Positions 27,029 through 38,779 of a DNA stretch of 64,000 bases are shown here, in pieces. Below the pieces are notes generated by a model, which was given only the letters and a program-made list of their open reading frames with translations, searched no databases and had not been told where the DNA came from. Each line of letters starts with the position of its first letter. The stretch's first letter is position 1. The DNA is from a bacterium (lineage in GTDB: Bacteria; UBP6; UBA1177). The stretch is taken from positions 2,716 through 66,715 of the forward strand of contig JAFYIZ010000026.1 in NCBI GenBank assembly GCA_017538365.1, written 5' to 3'. The position numbers and the translations under genes were made by a program.

Positions 27029-28894
27029 ATGAAAAAACATTTGATCGCGTTACTCGCAGCTTTACTGTTCTGCCTCTTTCTGGCGGCATGTGCCAGCGAT
27101 GATGATGAAGACACGAACGATACGGAAGCTGACACGACTTCCGACACGACCTCAGACACGACTGCTGATACTGCGGATTCCGGCAATACGGACACAACCG
27201 ATAGCGGCATAGATACAGATACGGGAGATCCGGATACAGAACCGACTTCCGATACAGAAACCGACACCGATGAAGGTCCCACATGCCTGTGCGGTCCGGA
27301 TGATCAGGACGACGACGGCGACGGCATTTCTAACGGCGTTGAAGGATGCGACGATTTTGACGGTGACTCGATTCCCAACTGCCTTGACAGCGACAGCGAC
27401 GGCGACGGTTATTCCGACAAAGAAGAATGCCCGGAACAGCCGTGCAGAGATACCGACAGCGACGGGAAACCAGATTTCCTCGATAAAGACAGCGACGGCG
27501 ACAATCTTTCCGACAAAAAAGAAAAAGAAGTAGGCACCGATCCGCTCAACAAAGATACCGACGGCGACGGCGATGACGACCTCGCGGAAGTAGCTTTCGA
27601 ATCAGATCCGCTTGATCCTAATGACCACGTTCCCGAAGGACTTTTCTTCGTCGTTCTTCCCTACGATTCAGACAACAGTCTTGACGATGTCACGAGAGTT
27701 CTCACTTTCTCGACGAAAATCGAAGCTATCGACGTTGCGATTTTTTTCGACGATTCGGGCTCAATGAGAGATGAACAGGAAAAACTGAGAGACGAAGTTA
27801 AAACAAGTGTTATCGACGCAATTGCCGCTGAATTTGCAGACAATCCCAATTACGCTTCTTTCGGCGTTGTAAAATTCGGCTGGGATACGCCTTACACCGT
27901 TCGTCAGACAATGACGACCGATCCCGATTTGGTTAAAACTGCACTTGACGGCTTCGGCAACCAGAGCAACGAGCTGGCATTGTATGCGATGTATATTGCT
28001 GCAACAGGTGTCGAATTTGTCGGCAGCTATATGGCATGTTTTGTTGATATAACTCACCCGTTCCAGAATCCTGTATGCAAAGACCCGAACATGGGTGTAA
28101 AAAGCGCAAAATACAATGTTGCAAAGGCTGACTGCTCCGGTGAAGACAAGATCGGATCTGTCGGTGGTCTCTGCATGAGAAAGAAATCAATGCCGATTTT
28201 TATTGTAATCACCGACGAAGATTCCGATTTGTGCATTGAATACAACGGAACCATAACAAAGAGTACGACTTGCATGGCAAACGAAGGCTCTCCCGTTGTT
28301 TCCGTAAGTCAACTGGGCGGCGCATTGGGCGGAATCGGTGCTAAATTCATCGGTATCGACTCTTCATTCAGCTGCGATGACAACGGCAACAACTGCAAAA
28401 AATCGGAAGAACCGACAAAAGGTTTCTTCCCGACTGTAGCTAAACTCACAGGTTCTCTGAACAAAGATACCGGCGAACCTTTCATTTACCACACTGAAAA
28501 ATCCGACGGAACGGGAATCGGCGGAGATGTCGTTCAGGCGATACGCGACCTTACCGCATGGATTGATATGGATGTTACAACTGGCGGTGTCAGTGAAGTA
28601 GAGTGCAACGGCGTAAATGCTGCAGAGTTTGTAAAATCTTCAAAAGCTCTTTCGGCTGATCCTGAAACAATCCAGCACAACGACACGACTTTCTTCTCCG
28701 TTACGCAGGATGCAGAAGTTACATTCGATGTTCATTTCCATAACGATTTCTGTATCAACGCGACAAACAGCCCTGTCAAATATGAAGCAGATGTCGCCGT
28801 TCTTGGCGGTAAAGAAGTTGACGGCGTTTTCAACGGTTCTTACCTTTCAGGCAGACATGTAACAGTCGTAGTTCCTGAAGGATCTATAAAATAA
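27029..28894 (+). CDS. lipoprotein with thrombospondin type-3-like Asp-rich Ca-binding repeats and a vWA-like domain
   Basis: Lipobox FCLFLAAC. Repeats [66 protein letters not shown]-like [12 protein letters not shown]. Confidence 0.8.
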   Translation: MKKHLIALLAALLFCLFLAACASDDDEDTNDTEADTTSDTTSDTTADTADSGNTDTTDSGIDTDTGDPDTEPTSDTETDTDEGPTCLCGPDDQDDDGDGISNGVEGCDDFDGDSIPNCLDSDSDGDGYSDKEECPEQPCRDTDSDGKPDFLDKDSDGDNLSDKKEKEVGTDPLNKDTDGDGDDDLAEVAFESDPLDPNDHVPEGLFFVVLPYDSDNSLDDVTRVLTFSTKIEAIDVAIFFDDSGSMRDEQEKLRDEVKTSVIDAIAAEFADNPNYASFGVVKFGWDTPYTVRQTMTTDPDLVKTALDGFGNQSNELALYAMYIAATGVEFVGSYMACFVDITHPFQNPVCKDPNMGVKSAKYNVAKADCSGEDKIGSVGGLCMRKKSMPIFIVITDEDSDLCIEYNGTITKSTTCMANEGSPVVSVSQLGGALGGIGAKFIGIDSSFSCDDNGNNCKKSEEPTKGFFPTVAKLTGSLNKDTGEPFIYHTEKSDGTGIGGDVVQAIRDLTAWIDMDVTTGGVSEVECNGVNAAEFVKSSKALSADPETIQHNDTTFFSVTQDAEVTFDVHFHNDFCINATNSPVKYEADVAVLGGKEVDGVFNGSYLSGRHVTVVVPEGSIK

Positions 28895-28913
28895 ATTTGA
28901 CCTCACACTTGAT

Positions 28914-28934
28914 CCCTCTCCAGTGTGGAGAGGG
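28914..28934. repeat. REP-like palindromic hairpin (CCCTCTCCA-GTG-TGGAGAGGG), probable terminator
   Basis: Perfect 9-bp stem 20 nt after the vWA gene stop. The same core recurs at 35467-35490, with a degenerate copy at 35525-35545. Confidence 0.7.
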
Positions 28935-29048
28935 AAATTTCAGAATTCAGGAATCTCAGCAAGATTCGTCGCGCTTTTGGATCACGAGATAACGAGATCT
29001 TGATATCACGGTAAAAAATCTGACACGCTTTAGGGATTAAAAAAGAAA

Positions 29049-29124
29049 TGGAGCTACCGAGGTGACTCGAACACCCGACCTGCTGATTACGAATCAGCTG
29101 CTCTACCGACTGAGCCACGGTAGC
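29049..29124 (-). tRNA. tRNA-Thr (anticodon CGU), CCA encoded
   Basis: Hand-folded: acceptor GCTACCG/CGGTAGC, D arm GCTC-AGTCGGTA-GAGC, anticodon stem GCTGA/TCAGC with loop TTCGTAA, T arm GGGTG-TTCGAGT-CACCT, discriminator T, CCA. Total 76 nt. Confidence 0.9.
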
Positions 29125-29180
29125 ACCATCGGGGCGGGAATATAGAAAAAAATTGCCAAAAGTCAATTTTTTTCTTTTGG

Positions 29181-29320
29181 CGCGCCAGATTTTGCCGGTA
29201 TCACGGGATTTCGGGATCACGGGATTACGGGATGCCGGTTGCGCCGCTTCGGGATCTCGTAATCTCGGAATACCGGGATTTCGGCAAGATTTGCGGCGCA
29301 ATAAAAAATCGCTATAATCC
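29181..29320. repeat. degenerate ATCACGGGAT-type short repeats ending in CAAGATTTGCGGCGCA
   Basis: ggtatcacgggatttcgggatcacgggattacgggat...gggatctcgtaatctcggaataccgggatttcggcaagatttgcggcgca. Related blocks lie at 28955-29015 and 53801-53880. Confidence 0.55.
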
Positions 29321-29348
29321 ACTGTTTTTGGTTTTAACGGAGTTTTGC

Positions 29349-30164
29349 ATGAACTACTTAAAGCAAATCTTTCTTTTCATCATTTCCTTTCCTGTTTTAA
29401 GCAGGATCTGGGGCAAAATCACTAAACTTGAGTTTCCGGCAGTTCTGATAAGTAAAGCAATCCAGATTTATGCTTCGCACTACGAAATTGATATGAAAAA
29501 TTTTGAGGGAGAGCTTGAGGATTACGATTCTCTCTGCGCCTTTTTCACGAGAAAACTCGATCCGTCAGTGCGTCCGCTGAAAAACGATGAAAACGCGTTT
29601 CTTTCACCGTGCGACGGAGTTGTCAGTGTTCTCGAAAACATACACGCCGATGTTGCCACACAGGTAAAAGGGAAAAATTATCTTGTTTCGGACCTCATCA
29701 AAAAGGAGCTCCCGTTTGAAAAAGGTTTCTGGCTTGCAACGATCTATCTTTCGCCGCGCGACTACCACAGATTCCATGTTCCGGTTGACTCTACCCTTTC
29801 GGCGTACATTCACACGGGTTGGAGGCTTTTTCCGGTAAATTCACTGGGTCTTGAGAATATCGACAGGCTTTTCATAAGAAACGAGCGCGTCGTGGCGAAA
29901 TTCAAAGCGGAAAACTTCACCTACTTCTACACTGCGGTCGGAGCTACTTTCGTGGGCTCCATAAAGATGAACTTCACCGAAAAATTTTCTGACGAGTGGG
30001 TCAAAAACGACAAAAAATATTCACAGAACGATGAATTCGGAATGTTTGAAATGGGTTCAACAATTGTTCTTCTCGTTCCCGAAGAAGCGGTTAAAAAACC
30101 GATGATCGCGCAAGGTGAAAAAATCGGTGTCGGCGAGCCGCTTTTTGAACTTAAAAAATCGTAA
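29349..30164 (+). CDS. psd: phosphatidylserine decarboxylase proenzyme
   Basis: LSPRDYHRFHVP motif and the FEMGSTIVLL self-cleavage (G-S-T) region. ATG at 29349 (MNYLKQIF) is preferred, because the upstream part of the ORF lies in repeat DNA. Confidence 0.88.
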   Translation: MNYLKQIFLFIISFPVLSRIWGKITKLEFPAVLISKAIQIYASHYEIDMKNFEGELEDYDSLCAFFTRKLDPSVRPLKNDENAFLSPCDGVVSVLENIHADVATQVKGKNYLVSDLIKKELPFEKGFWLATIYLSPRDYHRFHVPVDSTLSAYIHTGWRLFPVNSLGLENIDRLFIRNERVVAKFKAENFTYFYTAVGATFVGSIKMNFTEKFSDEWVKNDKKYSQNDEFGMFEMGSTIVLLVPEEAVKKPMIAQGEKIGVGEPLFELKKS

Positions 30165-30335
30165 ATTTTTACCCGAAAAAATCACAAAATTTCTCACTAA
30201 AAAATTGCAATTCTGCCCGAAAGACGGCCATTTTTTGACCCTGAAAAAACCGCGTTTGAAAAGTCCAGTAAAATCAACAACTTAAAAACGCATTTTTTGA
30301 AGCAGAAAAATCGTATATCCCCTAAAAATCATTGA

Positions 30336-32870
<2,535 letters not shown>

Positions 32871-32881
32871 CGGAGGAAACT

Positions 32882-35437
32882 ATGGCAATGGACGAATTGA
32901 TACACGGCAAAATAAAGGATATCGCGATCGAACACTCCATGAAAACGGCGTTCATCGACTATGCGATGAGCGTCATCACCGACAGGTCGCTGCCCGATGT
33001 CAGAGACGGTCTGAAACCTGTTCACCGCAGAGTGCTCTTCGCGATGAAGGAACTCGGAAACACCTACAACGCGGCTTACAAAAAGTCTGCGAGAATCGTC
33101 GGCGACGTTATCGGTAAATACCATCCGCACGGCGACCAGGCAGTTTACCAGACACTTGTCAGAATGGCGCAGGATTTCTCGATGCGTTATACCCTTGTTG
33201 ACGGTCAGGGCAACTTCGGCTCGGTCGACGGCGACGGTGCGGCTGCAATGAGGTACACCGAAGCGAGAATGGCTAAGATCGCGGGCGAGATCATGGCGGA
33301 TCTCGACAAAGACACCGTCAATATGCGCGACAACTACGACGGCAGCTTGCAGGAACCAGAAGTAATGCCGACAAAAATCCCCGAACTTCTCGTCAACGGA
33401 ACGAGCGGTATCGCAGTCGGTATGGCAAGCAACATCCCGCCGCACAATATCACCGAAGCAGTGAATGCGACGATCCATCTTATCGATAACCCCGAAGCGG
33501 ATATTCCCGAACTTATGGAATTCATCACAGGCCCCGACTTCCCGACGGGCGGCTCGATCCTTGGCAAAGCGGGCATCAGAGCAGCTTACGAAACGGGTAA
33601 AGGCATCATCAAGATCCGCTCGAAAGCAACAATAGAACTCGGTCAGAACGGCGCGAGAGACCGCATAATCATTCATGAAATTCCTTATCAGGTAAATAAG
33701 GCGAACATGATAATCCAGATCGCCGACCTCGTTAAGGAAAAGAAGCTCGAAGGAATCCACGACATCCGCGACGAGTCGGGCAGACGCGAAAAGATCAGAG
33801 TCGTCATCGAACTCAAGAAGGACGCAGACCCGAACATCCTGCTCAACCAGCTCTTCAAAATGACGCAGCTTCAGGTCTCCTTCGGCATCAACATGCTCGC
33901 TATCTGCAACGGAATCCCGAAGACGATCAACCTCAAGGACGCGCTTCACTACTTCATTCTTCACAGAAAGGACGTCGTCACGAGAAGGACCCGCTACGAA
34001 CTTGCCGAAGCGGAAAAACGCGCACACATCTTGGAAGGACTCAAGATAGCGATCGACAACATCGATGAAGTCGTTCACATCATCAGATCATCTGCTTCGA
34101 CCGATGACGCAAGAGTCAATCTTATGGATAGATTCGGTCTTTCGAAGCTTCAGGCAAACGCCATCCTTGATATGAAACTGAGCAGACTCACCGGTTTGGA
34201 AAGAGACAAAATCATCGCCGAACTTGAAGAGCTCTACAAAAAGATCGAATGGTACAAGGAAATCCTTGCAAACGAACACGTTCTTTTCGGCGTAATCAAG
34301 GACGAGCTCAATGAAATAAAGGAGAAATACGGTGACGAGAGAAAGACCGACATCGTCAACTACGACGGCGACATCGACATCGAAGACCTTATCGCAGACG
34401 ACGACATGGTTGTAACGCTCACGACTGAAAACTACATCAAACGCACTCCGCTTGATCTCTACCGCAAGCAGAAACGCGGCGGCAAGGGCATCAACGCGAT
34501 AAATCCGAAGGAAAACGACTACGTTAAGAACATTTTCGTCGCAAGCAGCCACACGCTTCTTCTTCTCTTCACATCGTTCGGTAAAGTTTACTGGACAAAA
34601 GTCCATCAGCTTCCCGAAGCGACGAGAAACAGCCGCGGCAAACCGATCATCAACCTCGTCAACATCGAAAAAGACGAGAAAATCGCGGCAGTTCTTCCGA
34701 TAAAAGAGTTCGTTGAAGGCGAATACATCATGATGGGAACCAAAAACGGAACCGTCAAAAAGACCGACATCATGGAGTACAAGACCCAGAGAACAAACGG
34801 AAAGAAGGCAATCAAACTCAACGAAGGCGACGAGCTTATCGAAGTCAAAATCACGAAAGGAAACGATGATGTCGTTCTCGCAACGAAGAAGGGCTTAAGC
34901 ATCCGATTCAACGAAAACGATGTCAGACCGATGGGCCGCGTTGCTGCAGGTGTCAGAGGTATCAGAATCAACAGCGATGATGAAGTCGTCACGATGGATG
35001 TAATCGAAGAAGGAACTACGCTTCTTTCGATCACCGACAAAGGTATCGGAAAACGCACACCGGTCGAAGATTACAGACTGCAGTCAAGAGGCGGCAAAGG
35101 TATCATCACAATCAAGACTTCCGATGAAAACGGATACGTCGTCGGCGTTCTCAAAGTCAACCAGAATGATGAGGCAATGCTCATCACTTCAAACGGTCAG
35201 GCTATCAGAATTCCGGTCAGCGGCATCAGCGTAATCGGCAGAAACACGAAAGGCGTAAGACTTTTCAAAGTCGAAAACGGCGAACTTGTTGTTTCAGTCA
35301 CCAAAATCATCGATCCTGAAGACCTGCAGCCCGAATCAGGCAGCATCAACGATATCATTGATTCCGAAAACAACGTTGAACCTCAGTTCGACGAACCGGA
35401 AGAATCTGAAGAAAATCCGGAAAATTCTGAAGAATAA
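32882..35437 (+). CDS. gyrA: DNA gyrase subunit A
   Basis: [58 protein letters not shown], active-site [10 protein letters not shown]. The C-terminal beta-pinwheel repeats end in an acidic tail. Confidence 0.97.
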   Translation: MAMDELIHGKIKDIAIEHSMKTAFIDYAMSVITDRSLPDVRDGLKPVHRRVLFAMKELGNTYNAAYKKSARIVGDVIGKYHPHGDQAVYQTLVRMAQDFSMRYTLVDGQGNFGSVDGDGAAAMRYTEARMAKIAGEIMADLDKDTVNMRDNYDGSLQEPEVMPTKIPELLVNGTSGIAVGMASNIPPHNITEAVNATIHLIDNPEADIPELMEFITGPDFPTGGSILGKAGIRAAYETGKGIIKIRSKATIELGQNGARDRIIIHEIPYQVNKANMIIQIADLVKEKKLEGIHDIRDESGRREKIRVVIELKKDADPNILLNQLFKMTQLQVSFGINMLAICNGIPKTINLKDALHYFILHRKDVVTRRTRYELAEAEKRAHILEGLKIAIDNIDEVVHIIRSSASTDDARVNLMDRFGLSKLQANAILDMKLSRLTGLERDKIIAELEELYKKIEWYKEILANEHVLFGVIKDELNEIKEKYGDERKTDIVNYDGDIDIEDLIADDDMVVTLTTENYIKRTPLDLYRKQKRGGKGINAINPKENDYVKNIFVASSHTLLLLFTSFGKVYWTKVHQLPEATRNSRGKPIINLVNIEKDEKIAAVLPIKEFVEGEYIMMGTKNGTVKKTDIMEYKTQRTNGKKAIKLNEGDELIEVKITKGNDDVVLATKKGLSIRFNENDVRPMGRVAAGVRGIRINSDDEVVTMDVIEEGTTLLSITDKGIGKRTPVEDYRLQSRGGKGIITIKTSDENGYVVGVLKVNQNDEAMLITSNGQAIRIPVSGISVIGRNTKGVRLFKVENGELVVSVTKIIDPEDLQPESGSINDIIDSENNVEPQFDEPEESEENPENSEE

Positions 35438-35466
35438 CCTTACCTCACCTCTAAACCTCTTTTATT

Positions 35467-35490
35467 CCCCCTCTCCAGTGTGGAGAGGGG
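35467..35490. repeat. REP-like palindromic hairpin (same core as 28914-28934)
   Basis: CCCCTCTCCA-GTG-TGGAGAGGGG, located between the convergent gyrA and the first array gene. Confidence 0.7.
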
Positions 35491-35524
35491 AGAAGGATTG
35501 TAGAGTTTAAGGAGTTTAAGATTT

Positions 35525-35545
35525 TCCTCTTAAGTGTGGAGAGGA
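35525..35545. repeat. degenerate copy of the REP-like hairpin
   Basis: tcctcttaaGTGTGGAGAGGA. The right arm is conserved and the left arm is partly mutated. Confidence 0.5.
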
Positions 35546-35555
35546 GATAAGAAAT

Positions 35556-38500
35556 TTAATGCGGAACCCCTGCATAACAGCGGACATAGCCTGCAACTTC
35601 GGAATCAGAAACAGGTGTCAGTTCACCCGAAAGGAAATCAAACAGGTAATAGTGTTTGACATATTCTCCACCTACCCGTTCAACGGAATAAGCTATCTGA
35701 GAATCAATGTCTCCGACTTCGGAATAACCGCTCAAAGAATATTCCCTGCATCTCCAAGATTCCTCCGAAAATTCTTCATCCTGCAATTCCTCTCTGTTGC
35801 TGCATACATCAGGCTTTATCAAAAGTAAGAAATATGATAAGCGTGGAATATACCATTCGTAATCCAGACCTATTTCTGTACCGCCCTCTCCATCGTCATA
35901 CATCTCATCCCCATAATCCGTGGTATTAAGATTTGAGCAGAATGCCTGAGCCTCATCTATACTTGTAACAAAATCTGATTTATAAGACCAAACCAGTTGA
36001 TCGTAATTATAAGGATCCTCGATATAGTGAGGGTATTCTATTGTTTCTTCTTCAAATTTGTGGACGCAGCGGACTCTTGAAGCCGAATGATCTTCGTCAA
36101 CCAGCCTGTGATAAGCTCTCAAGAAATCAACCACGACAAAGTAATTTTGTCCGGGTTCCTCTTCGCTCTCTTCGCCTTCAGGCAATACCTTTTTAAACGA
36201 AGAAGACCAGAGGGAATAAAGATCGCCGAAAACGGAATATTCCCCTTTCGTATTCGGGTAACAGCTGATTTCTTCTCCAAAACAAAAGCCTGACTCATCT
36301 ATCTCAAGTTTTTTCAACTCTTCAAGCGTCGGAACCTTCCAGTTCGTCGAGCCGCCTTCGTCAAGCGTTTCACAGTATCTTGCCGCTTCTATCCAGTTCA
36401 CTTCTTTGTCGGAAACTTTTGACCAGACGAGTTTGTTTTCATAGTCGATGTACGGGAATTCCTCAGGTTCCGGCAGCATTTCGTCATATACGCACCTTAC
36501 AACAATATTTGATGCGTAGTCATCCGAAAATTCAGAAACTTCACCCGTTGCAGTATTTACCGACTTAACTTTTTCAGCAGCCTGGCTCACAGCGTCGCCT
36601 GAAACAAGATTGCCGTAGTCGTGCAGTACTGATTCTCCGAGGTCGTCGTTTTTTACAAGCGTTTTGAGTTCTTCAAACGTCGGAATCCTCCATTGGTTGG
36701 AGCCGTTAAAGTTAAGGTCAAGGCACTTTTGTGCGGCATCTTCCCATGAAATCCGGCGAGAAGGATCATTTGCGAAAATCAGTCTCGATGACCATATATT
36801 GCCCTCTGAGACGCATGGCATATAACCGGTTTCATCGCACATCGGAATAGTGTTTCTCGGCCCTTTGAGTTTTGACCTGACACAGCGGACCGCAAAACCG
36901 GAATCAGAGCCGGTGTCCGAATTTTCTTCGGCGATTTTAACCGTGCCGTCACGCATATCTACGACCCACGGCTGAATATCCGCGGAATTTTCACCTATAT
37001 TTTTGTAGGATGAAGTCGAAGTCATATAAACAGCTGACATCATACCAAGCATTGCTGAAAACAAATCAGGGTCATACGGTGCCGGATAGTCAAGAAGCGT
37101 TGCAAGTTCGTTTTTGTTTGGAACTCTCCAGTCGTAATATCCTGCATAGTCAAGGTTTTCACAAAAATCGAGAGCTTCCTTCAAACTTGCAACATTGTTA
37201 CTTGGACCCCACATAAGCTGGGTTGCCTGATCAAAATCAACACTTTCTCCGTCATCCAGTTCTAAAGAGATATAATTTTCCGTATTCACATCTCCGTATT
37301 TCTCGCCGCGGACGCACATATACCCTCTTGCAACGTCCAGCAATTCGGATTTTTTCAAACTTCCGTCTATCGAATAGTAATATCCTTCAGCTGAAGTCCA
37401 GAAATCAGTGTGTCCTTTCCCGTTACCGTCCAGCTCGGGGAAATAAGCCTCTCTGACTGCATAGCCCGAGTATCTGAGATCATGATTGGCAATCGTCAGG
37501 AACTCTTTCGGACTCGGAAGTCTCCAATCATCGTGACCGTCGTAAGAAAGTTCATCGCACCGGACAGAATTTTCGGTATACAAAGCCCCCTGCTTTCCAG
37601 TGAAAAGCCATGTGAGTCCGGTAACATTGTCTTGTGTCTGCCTGTATGAAGTTTCATCGTCATCAGCCTTTTCTATTTTTGTAAAACTCTGCGGCACGCA
37701 CGATTTTCTGATCACATACTGTGCATCCTGGCCATAGAAATCATCGCCTTCCCTCGGGCATTCGATAATTTTATCTGAACCGTTTCCGCAAGTTCTCTGA
37801 CCGGTACAGACAACATTCGAATAGCCGAAAACAATAACCGGTTCTTCATCGCTGTCGTCTGCATATTCTGTATCTTCATCATCATCGTCTGTATCATCGT
37901 CATTGTTGTCAGGAACCTCGCCGGAGTCGGGTTTTTCGTCGTCTTCGGGCTCAAGCGCGATAAAGGTGTAAGCAGTAAAGTGACCTGTCGTCATCATTAT
38001 CGGATCACCTGCAGCCGAATTCATAATCGGATCGCCTGCAGCAGTAACCATGATAGGATCGCCCGCGGCACTAAGCATTATCGGGTCGCCTCCGGCACTC
38101 ATCATAATCGGGTCACCTCCTTCATTAAGCATTATCGGGTCGCCTCCGGCACTCATCATAATCGGGTCTCCCGCTTCGTTTCTGCCTGTAATCTGAACAG
38201 CAACACCGGTTTCGCTGTAGCTCCAGTCACCTTTTTCCGTATTGTAGACAGCCGCGGTTATCACTTTGTTTTCGATGTTTACATTGTTTACCATCGAAAT
38301 CAGGACAGGTTTTTTGAAAATCGTTCCTGAAGGTTCGAATTCGACGATTTTGCTTATCAGTCTGTTGCCGCCTGTGCTGCCGTAGTACATCGCGTCGTAA
38401 ATCGTCATCGTGATAGTCGTGTTCGAATCAAGAGCCTCTGCCGGAATCTCGATTGAAACCGATTCATCGGAACTTTTGATCGTTCCGCCCTCTTCGGCTG

Positions 38501-38651
38501 AAATTTCCTGTGTTACCTGCTCTGTACCCTCTGCATTTCCTTCGCCATGATCATCGCCAGGGTCAGGAACCTCTTTTGTTTTCTTGCCGCTGCAGGCCGC
38601 AACCGCAAGAATAAGAACAAAAACTGAAATCAAACTGAAAAAGCGCTTCAT
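35556..38651 (-). CDS. giant paralogous surface lipoprotein A: ZU5-like domain with GDPIM repeats, acidic linker, 5 DUF1566 domains
   Basis: Lipobox MKRFFSLISVFVLILAVAAC. GGTIKSSDESVSIEIPAEALDSNTTITMTIYD...; 7 GDPIM repeats; TTGHFTAYTF; VVCTGQRTCG..IIECPREGDDFYGQDAQY. DUF1566 signatures DDWRLPSPKEF, YDWRVPNKNEL, NQWRIPTFEEL, TNWKVPTLEEL, YEWYIPRLSYF. Confidence 0.9.
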   Translation of the reverse strand: MKRFFSLISVFVLILAVAACSGKKTKEVPDPGDDHGEGNAEGTEQVTQEISAEEGGTIKSSDESVSIEIPAEALDSNTTITMTIYDAMYYGSTGGNRLISKIVEFEPSGTIFKKPVLISMVNNVNIENKVITAAVYNTEKGDWSYSETGVAVQITGRNEAGDPIMMSAGGDPIMLNEGGDPIMMSAGGDPIMLSAAGDPIMVTAAGDPIMNSAAGDPIMMTTGHFTAYTFIALEPEDDEKPDSGEVPDNNDDDTDDDDEDTEYADDSDEEPVIVFGYSNVVCTGQRTCGNGSDKIIECPREGDDFYGQDAQYVIRKSCVPQSFTKIEKADDDETSYRQTQDNVTGLTWLFTGKQGALYTENSVRCDELSYDGHDDWRLPSPKEFLTIANHDLRYSGYAVREAYFPELDGNGKGHTDFWTSAEGYYYSIDGSLKKSELLDVARGYMCVRGEKYGDVNTENYISLELDDGESVDFDQATQLMWGPSNNVASLKEALDFCENLDYAGYYDWRVPNKNELATLLDYPAPYDPDLFSAMLGMMSAVYMTSTSSYKNIGENSADIQPWVVDMRDGTVKIAEENSDTGSDSGFAVRCVRSKLKGPRNTIPMCDETGYMPCVSEGNIWSSRLIFANDPSRRISWEDAAQKCLDLNFNGSNQWRIPTFEELKTLVKNDDLGESVLHDYGNLVSGDAVSQAAEKVKSVNTATGEVSEFSDDYASNIVVRCVYDEMLPEPEEFPYIDYENKLVWSKVSDKEVNWIEAARYCETLDEGGSTNWKVPTLEELKKLEIDESGFCFGEEISCYPNTKGEYSVFGDLYSLWSSSFKKVLPEGEESEEEPGQNYFVVVDFLRAYHRLVDEDHSASRVRCVHKFEEETIEYPHYIEDPYNYDQLVWSYKSDFVTSIDEAQAFCSNLNTTDYGDEMYDDGEGGTEIGLDYEWYIPRLSYFLLLIKPDVCSNREELQDEEFSEESWRCREYSLSGYSEVGDIDSQIAYSVERVGGEYVKHYYLFDFLSGELTPVSDSEVAGYVRCYAGVPH
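37992..38177 (-). repeat. in-frame 27-bp tandem repeats encoding (A/G)(A/G)GDPIMxx, 7 copies
   Basis: NEAGDPIMMSAGGDPIMLNEGGDPIMMSAGGDPIMLSAAGDPIMVTAAGDPIMNSAAGDPIMM. It shows up on the + strand as a spurious HxRI(A/T)-type repeat ORF. Confidence 0.9.
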
Positions 38652-38779
38652 CAGGACCTCCTTTTTAACATTTTCCGTCGCATGGAATTATTTCTATACA
38701 ACAAGTTTTTTCAAGAAAAAAGGTGAATTAAATCGGGATTCTTTGACTCAGGAAATTTATCGGATCAGAAAAAAAGGCT

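Noticed and set aside
28955-29320. Integrated mobile element or prophage at tRNA-Thr
   Set aside because: There is no integrase, transposase or phage-like gene on either side (a vWA lipoprotein upstream, psd/gyrB downstream). Only short degenerate repeats are present, so at most this is an old scar.
28903-29322. 139-aa minus-strand ORF spanning the tRNA-Thr gene and its flanking repeats
   Set aside because: It overlaps a well-folding tRNA and consists of translated repeat DNA (GIPRLRDPE...NPVIPKSRDTG). It is not a plausible protein.
29232-29348. Upstream ATG extension of psd (310-aa version)
   Set aside because: The extra 39 codons lie in the ATCACGGGAT-type repeat block. MNYLKQIFLFIISFP at 29349 gives a normal Psd N-terminus.
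37992-38177. Possibility that the 27-bp repeats, or the 23-bp-period repeats at 3823-3914, are CRISPR arrays
   Set aside because: The 27-bp units are contiguous with no unique spacers, and they are in-frame inside coding sequence. The 3823-3914 repeats have an 11-bp core with 12-bp A-rich gaps, far too short for repeat-spacer units. No cas genes are present.
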